Shown: positions 49,325-63,240 of the stretch, one piece after another
Numbering within the stretch: the stretch's first letter is position 1
Layout: every line of letters begins with the position of its first letter
Assembly (NCBI GenBank): GCA_030390025.1
Contig: CM059432.1
Location: 124,250,001 to 124,314,000 of the forward strand
DNA length: 64,000 nt
Reading direction: 5' to 3'
Source of the DNA: Squalus acanthias
Taxonomy: Eukaryota
Notes under the pieces: generated by a model
Told to the model about the DNA's origin: nothing
What the model saw: the letters and a program-made list of their open reading frames with translations, nothing else
Database searches by the model: none
Made by a program: the position numbers and the translations under genes

Positions 49325-50430
49325 GCTTACCCTGCCCCAAGACTGAACCCTTGTTGCTCACTAGCTTCTTTCCTCTGATGTCCTGTTCAAGTGCATCTTG
49401 CCCAAGAGAACCAATTCCTGCTCCCTTGTCCCCATTCTCACTAAACTGTTGAGCACCTAACTTCCCTCCCTGGCCCCCATGCTAGTGTAAGTGGATCCCT
49501 CTCCTCAGGTACTGTCCCCTCCCTTTCAAAATCACTGTCATCAATTCGACCCCCCTCCTTGAAAAACTCACCCTCAACCGCTCTGTCCTTGAAAATGACT
49601 GCCACATCTCCAACCTCCCTTTCTTCTGTAAAGTCGCTGAATGTGTTGTTGCTTCCCATCCAATCAGTTCCCATCTCTCCTGCAGTTCACTGTTTGATTC
49701 TTTCTAATCAGGTTTCTACCCCTGCTACGGCAGCAAAATTACCTGAACTAAACTCAGGAATATCGCTCTCTGTAAATGTGACCATGGTGTATTTTTCCCC
49801 CCACCTTGACCTCTTTGCAGCCTTTGACACGATCGACCACACTATGCTTCTCCAACGCCTCTCCTCCATTGTCCAGTTCTCGCCTGGTTTACTCTTACCT
49901 ATCTGATCATAGCCGGAGTATCTCTAGCAAAGACTTCTCTTCCTACCTCTTCACAGGAGTTCCCCAAAGGTTCTATCCTTGACCCCCTGCTCTTCCTCAT
50001 CTACGCCCCTGCAACAAAACCATACCTTTCCCACCAACTTTAACCCCCTCCCCAGTCCCTGTTACAGTCTGAACCAAACTGTTCACAAACTCAGCATCCT
50101 ATTTAACTCCAAGTTGAGACTCCAACTCCATTTCCTCTCAATCACAAAGACCACCTACTTCCATCTCTGTAATATAGCCCAACTCTACCCCTATCTCAGC
50201 CAAACCACTTTGTTACCTCCAGACCCGATTACTGCAATGCCCTCCTTAAACCCCTCCGCTTCTCCACATCCTTCTCCTCCTTTAAGACTCTCCTTATATC
50301 CAACCTCTTTGGCCATCTTCCTAATATCTCCTTCATTGTCTCAGCATCCATTTGTTGATTACGCCTCTGAGGCACTTTGGGACATTTTTTCCATGTTAAA
50401 GGTGTTCTATGTACCACTTTGTTGCTGTAT
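49325..50430 (+). mobile_element. Old, internally deleted L2 LINE
   Basis: LDLFAAFDTIDHTMLLQRL, ggagttccccaaagg and tail gcactttgggacatttt. Confidence 0.8.
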
Positions 50431-50499
50431 CAACTTTTCCTCTAATTTCACTCATTCAATTTAATTCTGATCTCCTGAATATTAGACATTTGCACCTAA

Positions 50500-51671
50500 A
50501 ATGGCTCTTATCAAAGTCACAAATGACATCCTTTGTGACTGTGACAAAGGTAAACTATCCCTCCTCGTCCTTCTCGACCTGTCTGCAGCCTTTGGCACAG
50601 TTGACCACTCCAACCTCCTCCAACGCCTCTTCACCATTGTCCAGCTGGGTGGGTCTGCACTAGCCTGGTTCCATTCTTATCTATTGAGTCGTAGCCAGAG
50701 AATCACCTGCAATGGCTTCTCTTCCCGCTCCCGCACCGTTACCTCCAGAGTCCCCCAAGGATCTATCATTTGCCCCCTCCTATTTCCTCATCTACATGCT
50801 GCCCCTCAGCGACATCATCTGAAAACACAGCGTCAGTTTCCATATGAATGCTGACAACACCCAGCTCTACCTCACCACCACCTCTCTCGACCACTCCACT
50901 GTCTCTAAATTGTCAGACTGCTTGTCTGACATCCAGTACTGGGTGAGCAGAAATGACCTCCAACTAAATATTGGGAAGACCGAAGCCATTGTCTTCAATC
51001 CCTGCTACAAACTCCATTCCCTAGCTACTGACTCCATCCCTTTTCCTGGTCACTATCTGAGGCTGAACCAGACCGTTCACAACCTTGGCCTCCTATTTGA
51101 CCCTGAGCTGAGCTTCCCATATACTCTCTATCACCAAGACCACCTACTTTCACCTCTGTAACATCGCCCGCCTCAGATCATCTGCTGCTGAAACCCTCAT
51201 CCATGCATTTGTGACTGCTAGGCTCAACCATTCCAATGTTCTCCCAGTCGGACACCCACCTTGCACCCTCCATAAACTTGAGCTCATCCATCTGCTGCCC
51301 GTATTCTAACTTGCACCAAGTCCCATCACCCATCACCCCTGTGCTAACTGACTCACCTTGGCTCCTAATTCTGCAACGCCTCGATTTATAATTCTCATCC
51401 TTGTTTTCAAATCCACCCATGGCCTCGCCCCTCCCTATCTCTGTCACCTCCTCCAGCCCTACAACCCCCCGAGATCTCTGCACTCCTCCAATTCTGGCCT
51501 CTTGTACATCACCGATTTTAATCACTCCACCATTGATAGCCGTGCCTTTAGCTGCCTAGGTCCTAAGGAAATCCCTCCCTAAACTTCTCTGAAGAACTAA
51601 CTCTCCTGTGAAGTGCATTGGGAGATTTTACTTGGTTAAAGGCGCTATATAAATACAAGTTGTTGTTGTTG
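50500..51671 (+). mobile_element. 5'-truncated L2 LINE
   Basis: ALIKVTNDIL..LLDLSAAF, ADNTQLY, LNIGKTE; tail aaaggcgctatataaatacaagttgttgtt. Confidence 0.92.
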
Positions 51672-52327
51672 TATAAATAGTTTTAATATCCTAGCTATAG
51701 CGCTGGAGCAAAGGGGCCAATATTAGAGAGAGTGCAAGCTATATCGGTGATGGAAAAACTGCTCTTCATTTTTTTACATAACACAGAAGTGTATGGAATT
51801 TACAAAAGCTATTGTGCATCAAGTCTACTTCTTTCAACAAACCATGGACTTTCTGCCCAGCCATGGAATCTCATCAGTTGTGAAATGTCCTGAGGGAGGT
51901 GCATAGCTAGAGGTAGAACTTCCAAGGCAAAAATCTGTAAATTCTCTCCCTGATGCCCAAAGATAATTGAAGAAAGCTCCAAAGTATCGATCAACCATCA
52001 CAAATAACATTCTTAACTATGACTGGCTCCATTACATACAAGACATTCCCACAAGCATAGGAATCATTGGGCTCCATAAAGTATTTTATCTTCTATGTCA
52101 ATTTTCCCCATCTAACTGCAATTCCATTCTTAACCAGACATTTATCCAGCCCCCTTGCCCTCCCCAGTAATAATCTAGCATGATTCCTTGTGGGGAAAAA
52201 GATAAATTCTTCTTTAACACTGAAGCTAAACAAATAGCATCTGCCTCCTTGACAAGTGGTATGAGCAATGTAAGAAATTATGACGTAGGAATTGGTCCTC
52301 ATTGCGCCTGTTCTACAAGTGTAAAAA

Positions 52328-52830
52328 CACCCGAAATTGGGTTGGGTGATTTTTTTCAGGCACTTCTCGCAGCTGCCTAAAACGAGCATTAGGGTCCTTG
52401 CACACGCTAATCAGTGGCTTAATGCGTGTTTAAGGACCCATACAAAAAATTGGGTCGCCCCAATTTCAGGACGTGGATGCGGCCTAGCCAGCAGCCACTA
52501 CTAAAAAGTACGGCTCCACAGTACTTCTGATGGCCCCTAATGGCCACGATCATCCCCTATCCCGCTGTCCTTTCCCCTGACCCCCCGCCCAGGACTTACC
52601 TGAGACTGAATGTTTCTGTTGACCAAACCGCCTGTGGAGGCGCATCAGGCGCCGGCAGCTCACCCTGAATATTTAGATGAGGCCCGAGGACCCACTTCTC
52701 GCGATCCTTGGGCCTCCATCTACGAGCCCAGGGATCGTTCCCTGCGGCCATTTACTGCATTAAAAACAGGCGAAAGGAATATCCAGGCCGATAGTTGCAA
52801 ACTCAATGAGATATGAGTCACGCTGAATTC
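52328..52830. mobile_element. MITE-like element, ends uncertain
   Basis: CpG-rich, cccgaaattgg start, internal gaatatttagatgaggcc motif shared with other MITEs. Confidence 0.4.
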
Positions 52831-53479
52831 GACAAAATTGAGAGCAATGAAGGCCTGCAAGAAAAGGCACTGTTACAGAAAATTGCCAGGCAACCCCTGA
52901 GCCAGTTGCACAACCGTAGCGATCAGTTATTTTGTGCTGAATAAGTGAGAGTGGCACAGCAAGAATTGGGTGTTGGAAATGAGTTGTTACGAGGAATCAA
53001 AACATGGTGTCAAAATACAGCAACAAACAAGAGTGCTGCAAGAAATTGTGGAACCAAAAATCTAATGACAAATGGACATCCTGAACGCCCTTTCCTACTG
53101 TCCAGGTAATGCAGGATGTCATTTCAAAAGGACACCCATCTGAAACAGACATCTAAGCATTTTTGGGGGAATCGGCCGTGGCGGTGGTGGATGTAAAGTA
53201 AGGACATTGAATCTGTGATATTTCAACCATTCTTGGACCATATTTTGCTAAAAGAAAAGTAAAATCAGCGGGACTTTGTGCAAATGGTTCAATTGTTTTC
53301 CCCCGGCACCAATAGAAAACCCTCTATATCGGGCCTTTGTAAGAAGAGGAGGATCTATGAGAGAATACGAGGCATATCAGGCTCCGGGGCCACGAAAAAT
53401 TGGCAGAACATTCGTGCATGCGCAGACTCCTCTTCCCAAAAGAAACTGGGACAACAAACCTAATATCAGCACTAAGATA

Positions 53480-54292
53480 TGTGAATGCCTGCCTAACCAT
53501 AACATTGAATGATCACAACTTCTTTCAGATGAACATCAGCAGGATTGAAGCCATCATCCTTGGCACCCATCATAAATTCTGCTCCCTTTCCAATGATTCC
53601 ATCCCCCTATTTGGTCACTCACTCAAGATCAGTAAGACTGTGAAGTCCTGGCATCTCGTTCAACCTGGAATTGTGCTTCTAACTCTGCATCCTCTCCATC
53701 ACCAAATTATTCCCCCCTCCACAACATTGCTCAAATTTGTACCTACCTCAGTCCCTCCACTGCTGAAGCCTTACAGAATTAATTATTCCAGTGCTCTCTT
53801 GAATGGCCTTCCTTTGTACATAGTTACACAAACTCCAAAACGGAGCTGCCCACATCCTGTCCCCCATTCGCCCATCATTCCCGTCTTCACAGATCTACAT
53901 TGGCTCCCTGTTCCCCAACACATTACATTTAAAATCCTGATCCTCATCTTCAAATACCTCTATAGCCTTTTGCCATACTACCTCTTCCAGAGGAACTTTC
54001 ATACCATTCCATCTTCACACTCTGGCCTCCCTTGCATTCTCTACTCTTTACACCGCCAACTGTGTCAGAGCTTTCAGCTGGCTCGGTCTTGGTCTCTGGA
54101 GCGCCCTCCCGAAACCTTCCACCTCTCTACATCGCTGTCACTCTTTAAAAACCTCTCAAAGTCTAGCTTTTCACCTATGTATCAACCACACTTCCAAAAC
54201 TCAGCATTTCCAATCCTCTTACTATTACTCTGTGAAGTGTCTTGAGACATTTTGTACGCTAAAGCGGCTATACATATACAAGTTGTTGTTGA
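53480..54292 (+). mobile_element. Old L2 LINE 3' fragment
   Basis: NFFQMNISRIEAI and PIIPVFTDLHWLPVPQHITFKILILIFK; tail caagttgttgtt. Confidence 0.82.
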
Positions 54293-54660
54293 TGCTGTAC
54301 ATAATGCTACTCACTTGAGGTTCGGAGTGCTTTGTTGCCAAATAGACGTTTCAGATATCAGTATAAAAATACAAGATAGGAAAACACAGAACTTTGATTG
54401 AAGTGGATTGATACACCAAAGGGACAATGAATGCCAAAAAACCGACCCATGAATAACGGCATCAAAGCTACGAGAGGTTTTAAATCTTCCTCAGTGTTTC
54501 AATATGTAATTTTATTTTTCTCCAAGAGCTATTTGAACATGTGGATTAACAAAGAAGTGCAGTTTTGTTGGAATTTGTTCACTCTTCCTCTGTCAAAATA
54601 AACTCTGCTTTAAATTTCATTTTGGTGGTATGGGGTGAAAATCCATTTCGGCATGTTTTT

Positions 54661-55185
54661 GGGCCTGAAATAGGGGGTGCTGTGAGCACACGTGAGAAAC
54701 CCGAGACTGGAGGCTCACCTGAAAGTGGGTCTCGGGCCTCATCAGCATATTGCTGGTGAGCTGCAGATACCAATCGAGTGTCCAGAGGCAGCTTGCCGGT
54801 TCCACAAGGACATGTTCAGTTGGCCTCCTCCCCGGCAGTGAACCTCAGATGGGTCGTGGGGTGGGGGAAGGGAGGTGGTGATCGGAAAGGAGGTGGGTGG
54901 GTACGATCGGGAGTGGGGTGTGACAACAGTCTGCCAGGCTGCTATGGAGCCGGGAGGAGCACTGCTGCAAATATATATTTTTTTAAAGTTACATTTTTGT
55001 TGGCGGCCTCCAGCGGTCCCTTTAAGGACTACTGATCAGGCCACGTGTAGAGAAGGTTATCCTGAACACCGCAGGAGGTTGACAGAAACCCCAGTGTAAA
55101 TATTTGTTGTAAATATTTCCATGCAAGTTCCGTTAGTCTCCTGCTGAATTTATGAAGGAAGGACCCCCTGTGGGATTTTCAGGCC
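54661..55185. mobile_element. Harbinger-type MITE
   Basis: Terminal ggcctgaaa / tttcaggcc; TSD not evident. Confidence 0.5.
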
Positions 55186-55649
55186 AACATCACAATACAA
55201 AGCTCATCCTGACCCAAACACCAAGAAGTGAAGTGATTTTTCTTTTTCAAAACCAATTGTCTTCCTGAACTATTTCTTCTTCTAACAGGTCAGGCTTTAA
55301 CTCAGCATGTTGTATCGTCAACTCTGTGCACAGCAATGGCCCCAACCCCTGCCAAGGTCAGCCTCTATATTTGAAGGATTTGTTAATCCAGTTTATATTG
55401 ATTAGATTATTTATGAAGTGTTTTGAGTGACACAAATTTTCACCTACGTGTCATTCATTCACCATTTTCAAAGCAGAGCACTGAGATCCTAAAGATATAC
55501 TGCTAATAAGTGACAAGCTTTGACTTTACATAGTGGGCTTGAGTCAACCACCATTCCCCTAGCACTAGTGTTTTTTTGTGTGGTATGATCATTCATAAGT
55601 AATGGGAACAAAGACCCGTAGTTCAAGTTTGAACCAGCCAGGACTTTAC

Positions 55650-56050
55650 ACTTTAGAGAAACGTAGACAAAGGTGTAATTTGATTGAGGTTCAGAAGATG
55701 ATGAAGGGAATGTGTAGACAGTTTGTTAGGGAGGACCTGGGGGGCCACAATCTTATGTAGGCCAGAACTAGTTTAGATGTTAGGAGGTGGTTCTTTTCCC
55801 AGAGAACAGCGGACGTGTGGAACAGGTTTCTGGCTCGTGTTGTGAAAGCTGATTAGCTGATTAGCTGAATTCCTTCAAGTGAGAGCTGGACCTGTTCCTG
55901 ACTGGGGCGGAGTTCTACCCGTAACATTAATCAAGGCCAGAGTGATCTCCTGGACTAGTTTTGATCATCTAAAGGGGTCGGAGAAGAATTTTCCAGAATT
56001 TTCCCGCCTAATTGGCCTGGGTTTTCTTCTGGTTTTTCATCTCTCCCAGG
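55650..56050 (+). mobile_element. Decayed CR1 3' end
   Basis: ttagagaaacgtagacaaaggtgtaatttgattgaggt, ttcttttcccagaga and tggaacagg, followed by a 3' UTR. Confidence 0.65.
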
Positions 56051-57395
56051 ATATTACATTTTTATTGCCGTTTTTCCTCAATAATTTAAATTTCTAATGT
56101 CCAAAATAAGAGTTTAAACAAAATAAAAGAATACATATTTCACGAAAATATCATTAAATTTTCCAGTGAATTGTTTTTTGTGTCTTTTAATGGTTTCATT
56201 GAAGTTTTTACTTGAAGAATGTCTCAGCCTTTCCCAAAAACCTGGGCTTGGACTTTTGATACTTTTGACCAGAACAGTGACCCTGTGAGGTGAATTGAGA
56301 ATTTGCCGGCTAAACTTGTGCAGTATGCCCAATCTCACAGGATAAATCAGTGTCATTCCGTCAGATGTACTAATGGAATATGCTAGCAGTGCAAAGAATA
56401 TATATACATAAAATTAAAAAGGTCACTTAATTACAGTTTTCACATAAAATTTTAGACAGAGCTATGAAACTTAGTCCCAAAAGTATTAATAAAAATCCCA
56501 GAATACTTTTTTTTTAATGGAATTTAATTTATTTGATCAGTTCAAATCAATGTCCCTGATATTATCCCCTAACATGGCATAAACACTACCTATTATATAA
56601 GCACAAATCCTCTGAGGCAGTGTGAGCAATGCCATGGGAGATCTACTCATCGTATAAATAAAAAATCAATCACAAATTAGAAAAAGTGCCACTTGTACAC
56701 TGCAAGTAACGTACAAATATACAAGGAGAAGCATCTGAAACACTCAGGTCAGACTTAGCTGATTCTCAAAATGAATGTCTTGGACCCCACAAAATTTCAA
56801 TGGTGAGCAATTGATTCACACCCACTCTATTCATAAATATTATTTTCTCATGAATTATTATGCATTATATTATAGTGATCTTTTTTATTATCTGCTAAAT
56901 TAAAGTTCTCATTTGTTGTCATTGGTTATGTGTTCTGCTGTCAGAGATTTCTCATTGTTTCTCTTAGCTATTTTAATAACAATGGATTGCAGCTTATTTC
57001 CTGATGTGTGTGCTACTCTAAGAGCAACCAGAGATGTGCTCTGTGTAAGGACATCAGATTGGATGGAGGCTGTGAGCAATCTCAATTTGCAATATCTTTG
57101 CACAAAAAAGTGGTCATCTGCTAGTAGTTAAGAGCCCAGAGCTAGGACCTGTCAGGTCAGGAGGAAGACATTTATACTGGTTATGGCAAACAGTTGAAAG
57201 CGCTAAATCACTTTCACAAACAGCTCGCACTCATCCTCCATTCATGAGAATTGAAATATCATCTGTTTGAGGCTGTTTGAGGCTGTGTGACAAGCTGTGA
57301 ATATCCCAACTCTAATGTTCCATTAAAGACAGGCAAAGAGCATAGCTTCCTGAATTGTGATGATGCGTCTCAGCCCTTTCGGATGCCGATTGACA

Positions 57396-59437
57396 CATAG
57401 AATCATAGAAAGTTACAGCACGGAAGGAGACCATTTCAGCCCATCGTGTCCACGCCGGCCAACAAAGAGCTATCCAGCCTACTCCCACTTCCCAGCAGGT
57501 TAGAGCATCCCAAGTGCACATCCAAGTACTTTTTAAATGTGGTTAGGGTTCAGGCAGTGAGTTCCAGACCCCCACAACCCTCTGGGTGAAGAAATTTCCC
57601 CTCAAATCCCCTCTAAACCTTCCCCCAATTACTTTAAATCTGTGCCCCCTGGTTTGTGACCCCTCTGCTAAGGGAAATAGGTCCTTTCTATCCATTTTAT
57701 CTATGCCCCTCATAATTTTATGCACCTCAATAAGGTCTCCCCTCAGCCTCCTCTGTTCCAAGGAAAACAGACCCAGCCTATCCAATCTTTCCTCATAGCT
57801 AAGATTCTCTACTCCCGGCAACATCCTTGTAAATCTCCTCTGTACCCTCTCTAGTGCAATCACATCTTTCCTGTAATGTGGTGACCAGAACTGCACGCAG
57901 TACTCTAGCTGAGGCCTAACTAGTGTTTTATACAGTTGAAGCATAACCCCCCTGCTCTTGTATTCTATGCCATGGCTAATAAAGGCAAGCATTCCATATG
58001 CCTTCTTAACCACCTTTTCTACTTGGCCTGCTACCTTCAGGGATCTGTGGACAGGCACGCCAAGGTCCCTTTGTTCCTCTACACTACTCAGTGTCCTACC
58101 ATTTAATGTGTATTCCCTTTCCTTGCCCTCCCCAAATGCATTACCTCACACTTCTCCGGATTGAATTCCATTTGCCACGGTTCTGCCCACCTGACCAATT
58201 TATTGATATCTTCCTGCAATCTACAGCTTCCTTCTTCAGTATCAACCACACAGCCGATTTTAGTATCATCTGCAAACTTCTTAATCATACCCCCTATATT
58301 CAAGTCAAGATCGTTGATATATACCACAAAAAGCAAGGGACCTAGTACTGAGCCCTGCGGAACCCCACTGGAAACAGCCTTCCAGTCACAAAAACACCCA
58401 TCAACCATTACCCTCTGCTCCCTGTCTCCGAGCCAGTTTTGAATCCAACTTGACACTTTGCCCTGGATCTCATGGGCTTTTAACTTCATGACCAGTCTGC
58501 CATGTGGAACCTTATCAAAAGCCTTACTAAAGTCCATATACACTACATCAAATACACTACCCTCATCTACCCTCTTTGTTACCTCCTCAAAAAATTCAGT
58601 CAAGTTTGTCAGACACGACCTTCCCTTAACAAATCCGTGCTGACTATCCTTGATTAATCCATGTCTTTCTAAATGAAGATTTATCCTGTCCTTCAGAATT
58701 CTTTCCAATAATTTTCCCACCACCGAGGTTAGGCTGACTGGCCTGTAATTACTCGGTCTATCCTTTTCTCCCTTTTTAAACAAGGGTACCACATTAGCAG
58801 TCCTCCAATCCTCCGGTACCACACCTGAAGCCTGAGAGGATTGAAAAATGATGGTCAGGGCCTCTACTATTTCCTCTTTTGCTTTGCTTAACAGCCTGGG
58901 ATACATTTCATCCGGGCCTGGGGATGTATCCACTTTTAAAGCTGCTAAACCCCTTAATACTTCCTCTCTCACTATGTTTATTTCATCTAATATTTCACAC
59001 TCCTCCCCCCCGATAGCAATGTCTGCTTCGCCCCTCTCCTTTGTGAAAACAGACGCAAAGTATTCATTAAGAACCCTACCGACGTCTCCCGCCTCCATAC
59101 ACAGATTACCCTCATTATCTCTAATAGGCCCTACCCTTTCTTTAGTTATCCTATTACTCTTAATATATTTATAAAACATCTTTGGGTTTTCCTTGATTTT
59201 ACTTGCCAAGAATTTTTCATGCTCTCTCTTTGCTTTCCTAATATCATTTTTAATTGCACCCCTGCACTTTCTGTACTCCTCTAAAGATTCTGGAGTATTT
59301 AGCCCTCGGTATCTGTCATACGCCTCCCTTTTTTTCTTTATCCTACTCTGCATGTCTCTAGACACCCAGGGGGCTCAAGATTTGTTAGTCCCACCTTTTT
59401 TCTTTAAGGGCACATGTTTGGTCTGAACCCTCTGTAT
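57396..59437 (-). mobile_element. 5'-truncated CR1 LINE with uninterrupted RT domain
   Basis: ORF 58103-59365 (420 aa: [40 protein letters not shown]) and ORF 57543-58058; frameshift near 58100; catagaat tail. Confidence 0.95.
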
Positions 59438-59749
59438 TTGCAGCACTTTCTGTTACTGCTAATGATAATAGCCTATTGCCTAATCCTACAAACACTCCAG
59501 GAAGGAAGGAGCCTTCCAAACATGGAAAGACCAACTGAAGAAAGTTTCTAACATCTGGAGTATATTTGGCAGATATAACAGGATGCTGCTCAAGTCAAAG
59601 AATCCTCCAAGCAGATTACCCAATAAATTATTAGGTTTCATTTTTAATTCACCCCAGGAGAGCAAGGACAGATTGTAAAAGGTTCAGTTCTCCCCTTCCA
59701 GTTTCTCCTCTCTTGAAGGTACAGGCTCATAAGCTATGATCCACAGACA

Positions 59750-59900
59750 CTAGGTGGCCTTCAATACCTTGGCCAAGTGGCCATTCTCCATGTGTGAGCC
59801 CACACAGTGAATGTTCGCAGACTATTCGATGTGGGGTGGGAACCCTATAGCTAAATTTGAAATTGTCCTCACTCACCAAACACACATACACATACTTTCA
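59750..59900 (-). mobile_element. AmnSINE2-like SINE 3' fragment
   Basis: ccaagtggccattctccatgtgtgagcc...cagtgaatgtt..cagactattcga. Confidence 0.6.
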
Positions 59901-60490
59901 AATCACATATAGAAAACACAGCCCCAGCAGGGGGAAGTGAATTGCAAGTCAAGCAATGACACAGCAGTAGGCCTAACATGCCAGAATGTTCTCTCATTCT
60001 CTGTCAGGAATGCAGAGAGGAATCCAGCCCATCATATCCAGGTTGTCCTTGTATTGGAGTTTCTCAGTTTGTAAGCGTATACAGAACATTGTCTAGTATT
60101 TTTCACAATCAATGATACAATTGGCCACCCAAACCCTCCCTCTGAAAATCCAAATTGCCCTATAGCCCTTGATTTAACACAAACACAAACTTTCTTGTGC
60201 ATCAGAGTTTCTGCCTTTTGATTGATAGTGTATCCCTTCAGTGTGACAGTAAGGTACAAGGTCATTGACTGCATTTTGTACAACACAGCGGAAACTAGTC
60301 TCTACAAATAGATAATTCTATCAGACGCAGCCTCAGCCATTTCTGTAGAGGTGAATGATGAACAGCGATAAGAAAAATTACACGATTGGAAGCCATTTCA
60401 TATTTCAGTACAAGGAACAACATGTCAATCTACACAGTAAGTTGATTTTATTGTTTCTCAAAGTTGCAAGTCCTTACAAATGTTTTTCAG

Positions 60491-60880
60491 GCGGAGCTGA
60501 TTGGTGCGGCAGGTTATAACACAGCTCTTTCTGCTCTGCAACCTGGGACTTGCATTCAGCCCAGATTGATGGGATGAAGACTTTTCTTTCTGTTGGCTGT
60601 AAAGGTCCTCAATGAAATGAGTTTGGTCAGTCTCAATTCTGTTCCTTCTGGGCATGGACCCATAGTACAAAACGGACTGCAAATTGGCATGGAACTAGCA
60701 ATCAGAGATACCATTAGGTTGGTTGCTGTATGAAATGGAAATGTCACACACTGATGCAGTAGAAGGTGCTCTTCTGGAATTATGTCTGAGGCACATTTTG
60801 GAGATTGATTAAAAGAAGTCTGATCTTCATCTATCACATACTATACCAGCCTGGAGAGCAATTGGTGTTTGACACTTAGT
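60491..60880 (+). mobile_element. LF-SINE-like element
   Basis: Decayed tRNA-like head, then cagcccag, ggctgt, tgaaatgagtt, gtctca..ctgttcct, acaaaac, aattggca and tgaggcacatt in the order I recall for the LF-SINE consensus. Confidence 0.6.
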
Positions 60881-61299
60881 GCAAACAAAATTGATAAAAA
60901 TGTTCCATTATCCACCACTGACCTATACACATACACACACAAACACAAACTATAACCATGCCATCTGGTCTACTCAGCAGCCTGTACGGACCTCAAAATA
61001 AGATTAAAGAATAGAAGTATATCACATTGTTAGAAAATAAATCCCTTCTTTCCAAATAATATGTGGAAAAAACAGCATAAATGCTGAACCTGGGAGATGC
61101 CATTGAAAGTTAGCATTTTCTCATTTTCCAACCTTCCTACCCTCCTCTCTTCCAATTTGACCCTCTTCCCCTGGAGATTTATCTTTGAACATGATAACTC
61201 TGTTATCTTTATCAAGTGATTATTCAATGTTTGCAAGGTTTAGCAGTGGAATTGGCCATGAGCAGCAACATACCTAGCCTGAAGTGTGGAACTCTCTCT

Positions 61300-61490
61300 C
61301 AGAAGAAGCAGTAGATGCTAGCTCAAATAATAATATTAAAGCTGATACTGATAGACTTTTGCTAGCCAAGGGTATTAAGGGATATGGAGCCAAGGCGGGT
61401 GGATGGAGTTAGGATGCAGATCAGCCATGATCTCATTGAATGGCGGGACAGGCTCGAAGGGCTGAATGGCCTCCACCTGTTCCTATGATC
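61300..61490 (+). mobile_element. CR1 3' end
   Basis: ggtattaagggatatgg...gatcagccatgatctcattgaatggcgg...tgttcctatg. Confidence 0.85.
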
Positions 61491-61802
61491 CTGCCCTCTC
61501 CAAACACCTTGGTCCTTTTTAATAAATTCACGATTATTATTAATTGATAATGTCTGTTAAAATACATGCTTACTATCACTTGATTACACAAGAGTTTTAT
61601 ACAAATATATCTCATTGCAATTTGCTTGTCACACTGGTCAGATTTGGCAACTCCTAAAAGGGCAGTATAGTCAAAAAAACTACAGAAATGCAGTGACTTG
61701 TTTTTCAATAGTTATTTTGTTTCAATAAAAAATGACCTTGAATCATAATCAAGCTTGTTGAATCTAAAAAAATGAACTGATACTTTTATAGGATGACACA
61801 AT

Positions 61803-63240
61803 GGGTGGATTTTTCCAACCTTGGCGACGTCTAGGGCATGTGGGGACCTCGCATCTGTCTCGATCCCGGCCTCCAACAAGATTTTCTGTTGATGGGGCTT
61901 GTTAAGCCCGCCCTGAGAGGTTCCCGGCCAATTAATAGGAAGCAGGTCTGATGATGTCATTTGATGACATGTCATCAGCCAGTTTCCTTAAAGGGACCAT
62001 GTCCAAAATGATTTTGACAGTTGTGCTGCAAACACTGACTAGCACTGCACAAAGGTGCACGGCTGCACCCAGGCTCTCCCATGACTCCCTCCATATGCTT
62101 ATGGAGGGAGTCACAGCACACAGGGAGGTTCTCTTCCCTTCCCATGGGTGGAAGACACCTCCCCAGGACACCAACCCATCCTGGTTGCATATTGCACAGG
62201 AGGACACAAGCAGGGATGTCATCAGGAGGACCAGGGTGCAGTGGCGCAAACCTTACAATGATCTCAGTAGATCACGAAACGTTACTGCAAAGCCACACTC
62301 AACCTCTTCCTCCTGTGCCACTCATCACATCCCCATCACTCTGCCTTCCCTATCCTACTCCTGCACATCCTTACTCCCACCAACTTACCTTGCACCTCCA
62401 CCCATCCCTCTCTATCTACATTATCACTTCTCCATCTCACTAGCCACCCCTCACACTCATCCTCATCCTAGTCCAATCATACCAACTAACAACACACAAG
62501 GGTAGACACTTGAGTGTTTTATGCAATGTTCATGTAAACTTTCTGTTAATCTGTTGTCAAGCATTGAAATCCTTATTATCACCACTTTGCCTTCTTGGAC
62601 AGATCTGTGTGCACCTTTGAAAGTGTCTTAGTGAGTTCCAGTGAATGGTGAGACATAAAGTCCACCCCCAACAATGGTGAAGAGTGTGAAAGGAATGGCT
62701 TGGACATTGTAGGGATGCTTTATGGTGCTGGTGTGGGGTGGTGCCAACCTGGTTCATCATGTGGCAGCCAGGGTGTTCAGTGTTAAGTGAATAAATCTGG
62801 ACATGGTGAGGCCATCGCTAACGTCCCAGGCAGCAATGTGCACAGGTGATGATACCCGGTGTCCAGTGCAGCATCAGTTGATTGCGGAGAAGGTTGGTGT
62901 GGATGTTGGTGCTGCTGGTGTGCCCGGTGATGCTGGTGTTGAGGCTGATCGTGTTGGGATTCTGAGGGCCAAGGTGAGATTTTTTTCAAGGGCACCGATG
63001 CTGATGGAATAGTTGGCAGGTGAGGTTGAGATGACAGAAGTGATCTGTCAATGTTAAGATAGGTTGTTCCAAGGAGGTGACAGTGGATAGAGAGATTACT
63101 GCAAACACTTCAAAAGTGTATAAAGCTCAAAAGTAGGTTCCAAATCCTGAAGGCTCCAGCTTCTAAGATTGGGAAGTGAACAGCTGTGAAATGGTAGGTT
63201 TTATACCAGTTTTGCAGCTTGCACCTATTCACAGCATGTA
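61803..63240. mobile_element. Non-autonomous Harbinger (family of 5766-7520), inverted orientation, one end missing
   Basis: Starts with TIR-like gggtggatttttcc; reverse-complement homology to 6200-7520 and 22911-24000. Confidence 0.85.
62065..62274 (+). pseudogene. Myb/SANT-like domain of Harbinger ORF2
   Basis: APRLSHDSLHMLMEGVTAHREVLFPSHGW...WLHIAQEDTSRDVIRRTRVQWRKPYNDL. Confidence 0.72.

Noticed and set aside
53400..54245. 281-aa ORF as a possible novel gene
   Set aside because: It drifts in and out of frame with a decayed L2 ORF2 (LHWLP, FKIL motifs) and ends at an L2 tail.
58103..59365. 420-aa RT ORF as an active or domesticated reverse transcriptase
   Set aside because: 5'-truncated CR1 without endonuclease or promoter, frameshifted near 58100 and deleted near its 3' end.
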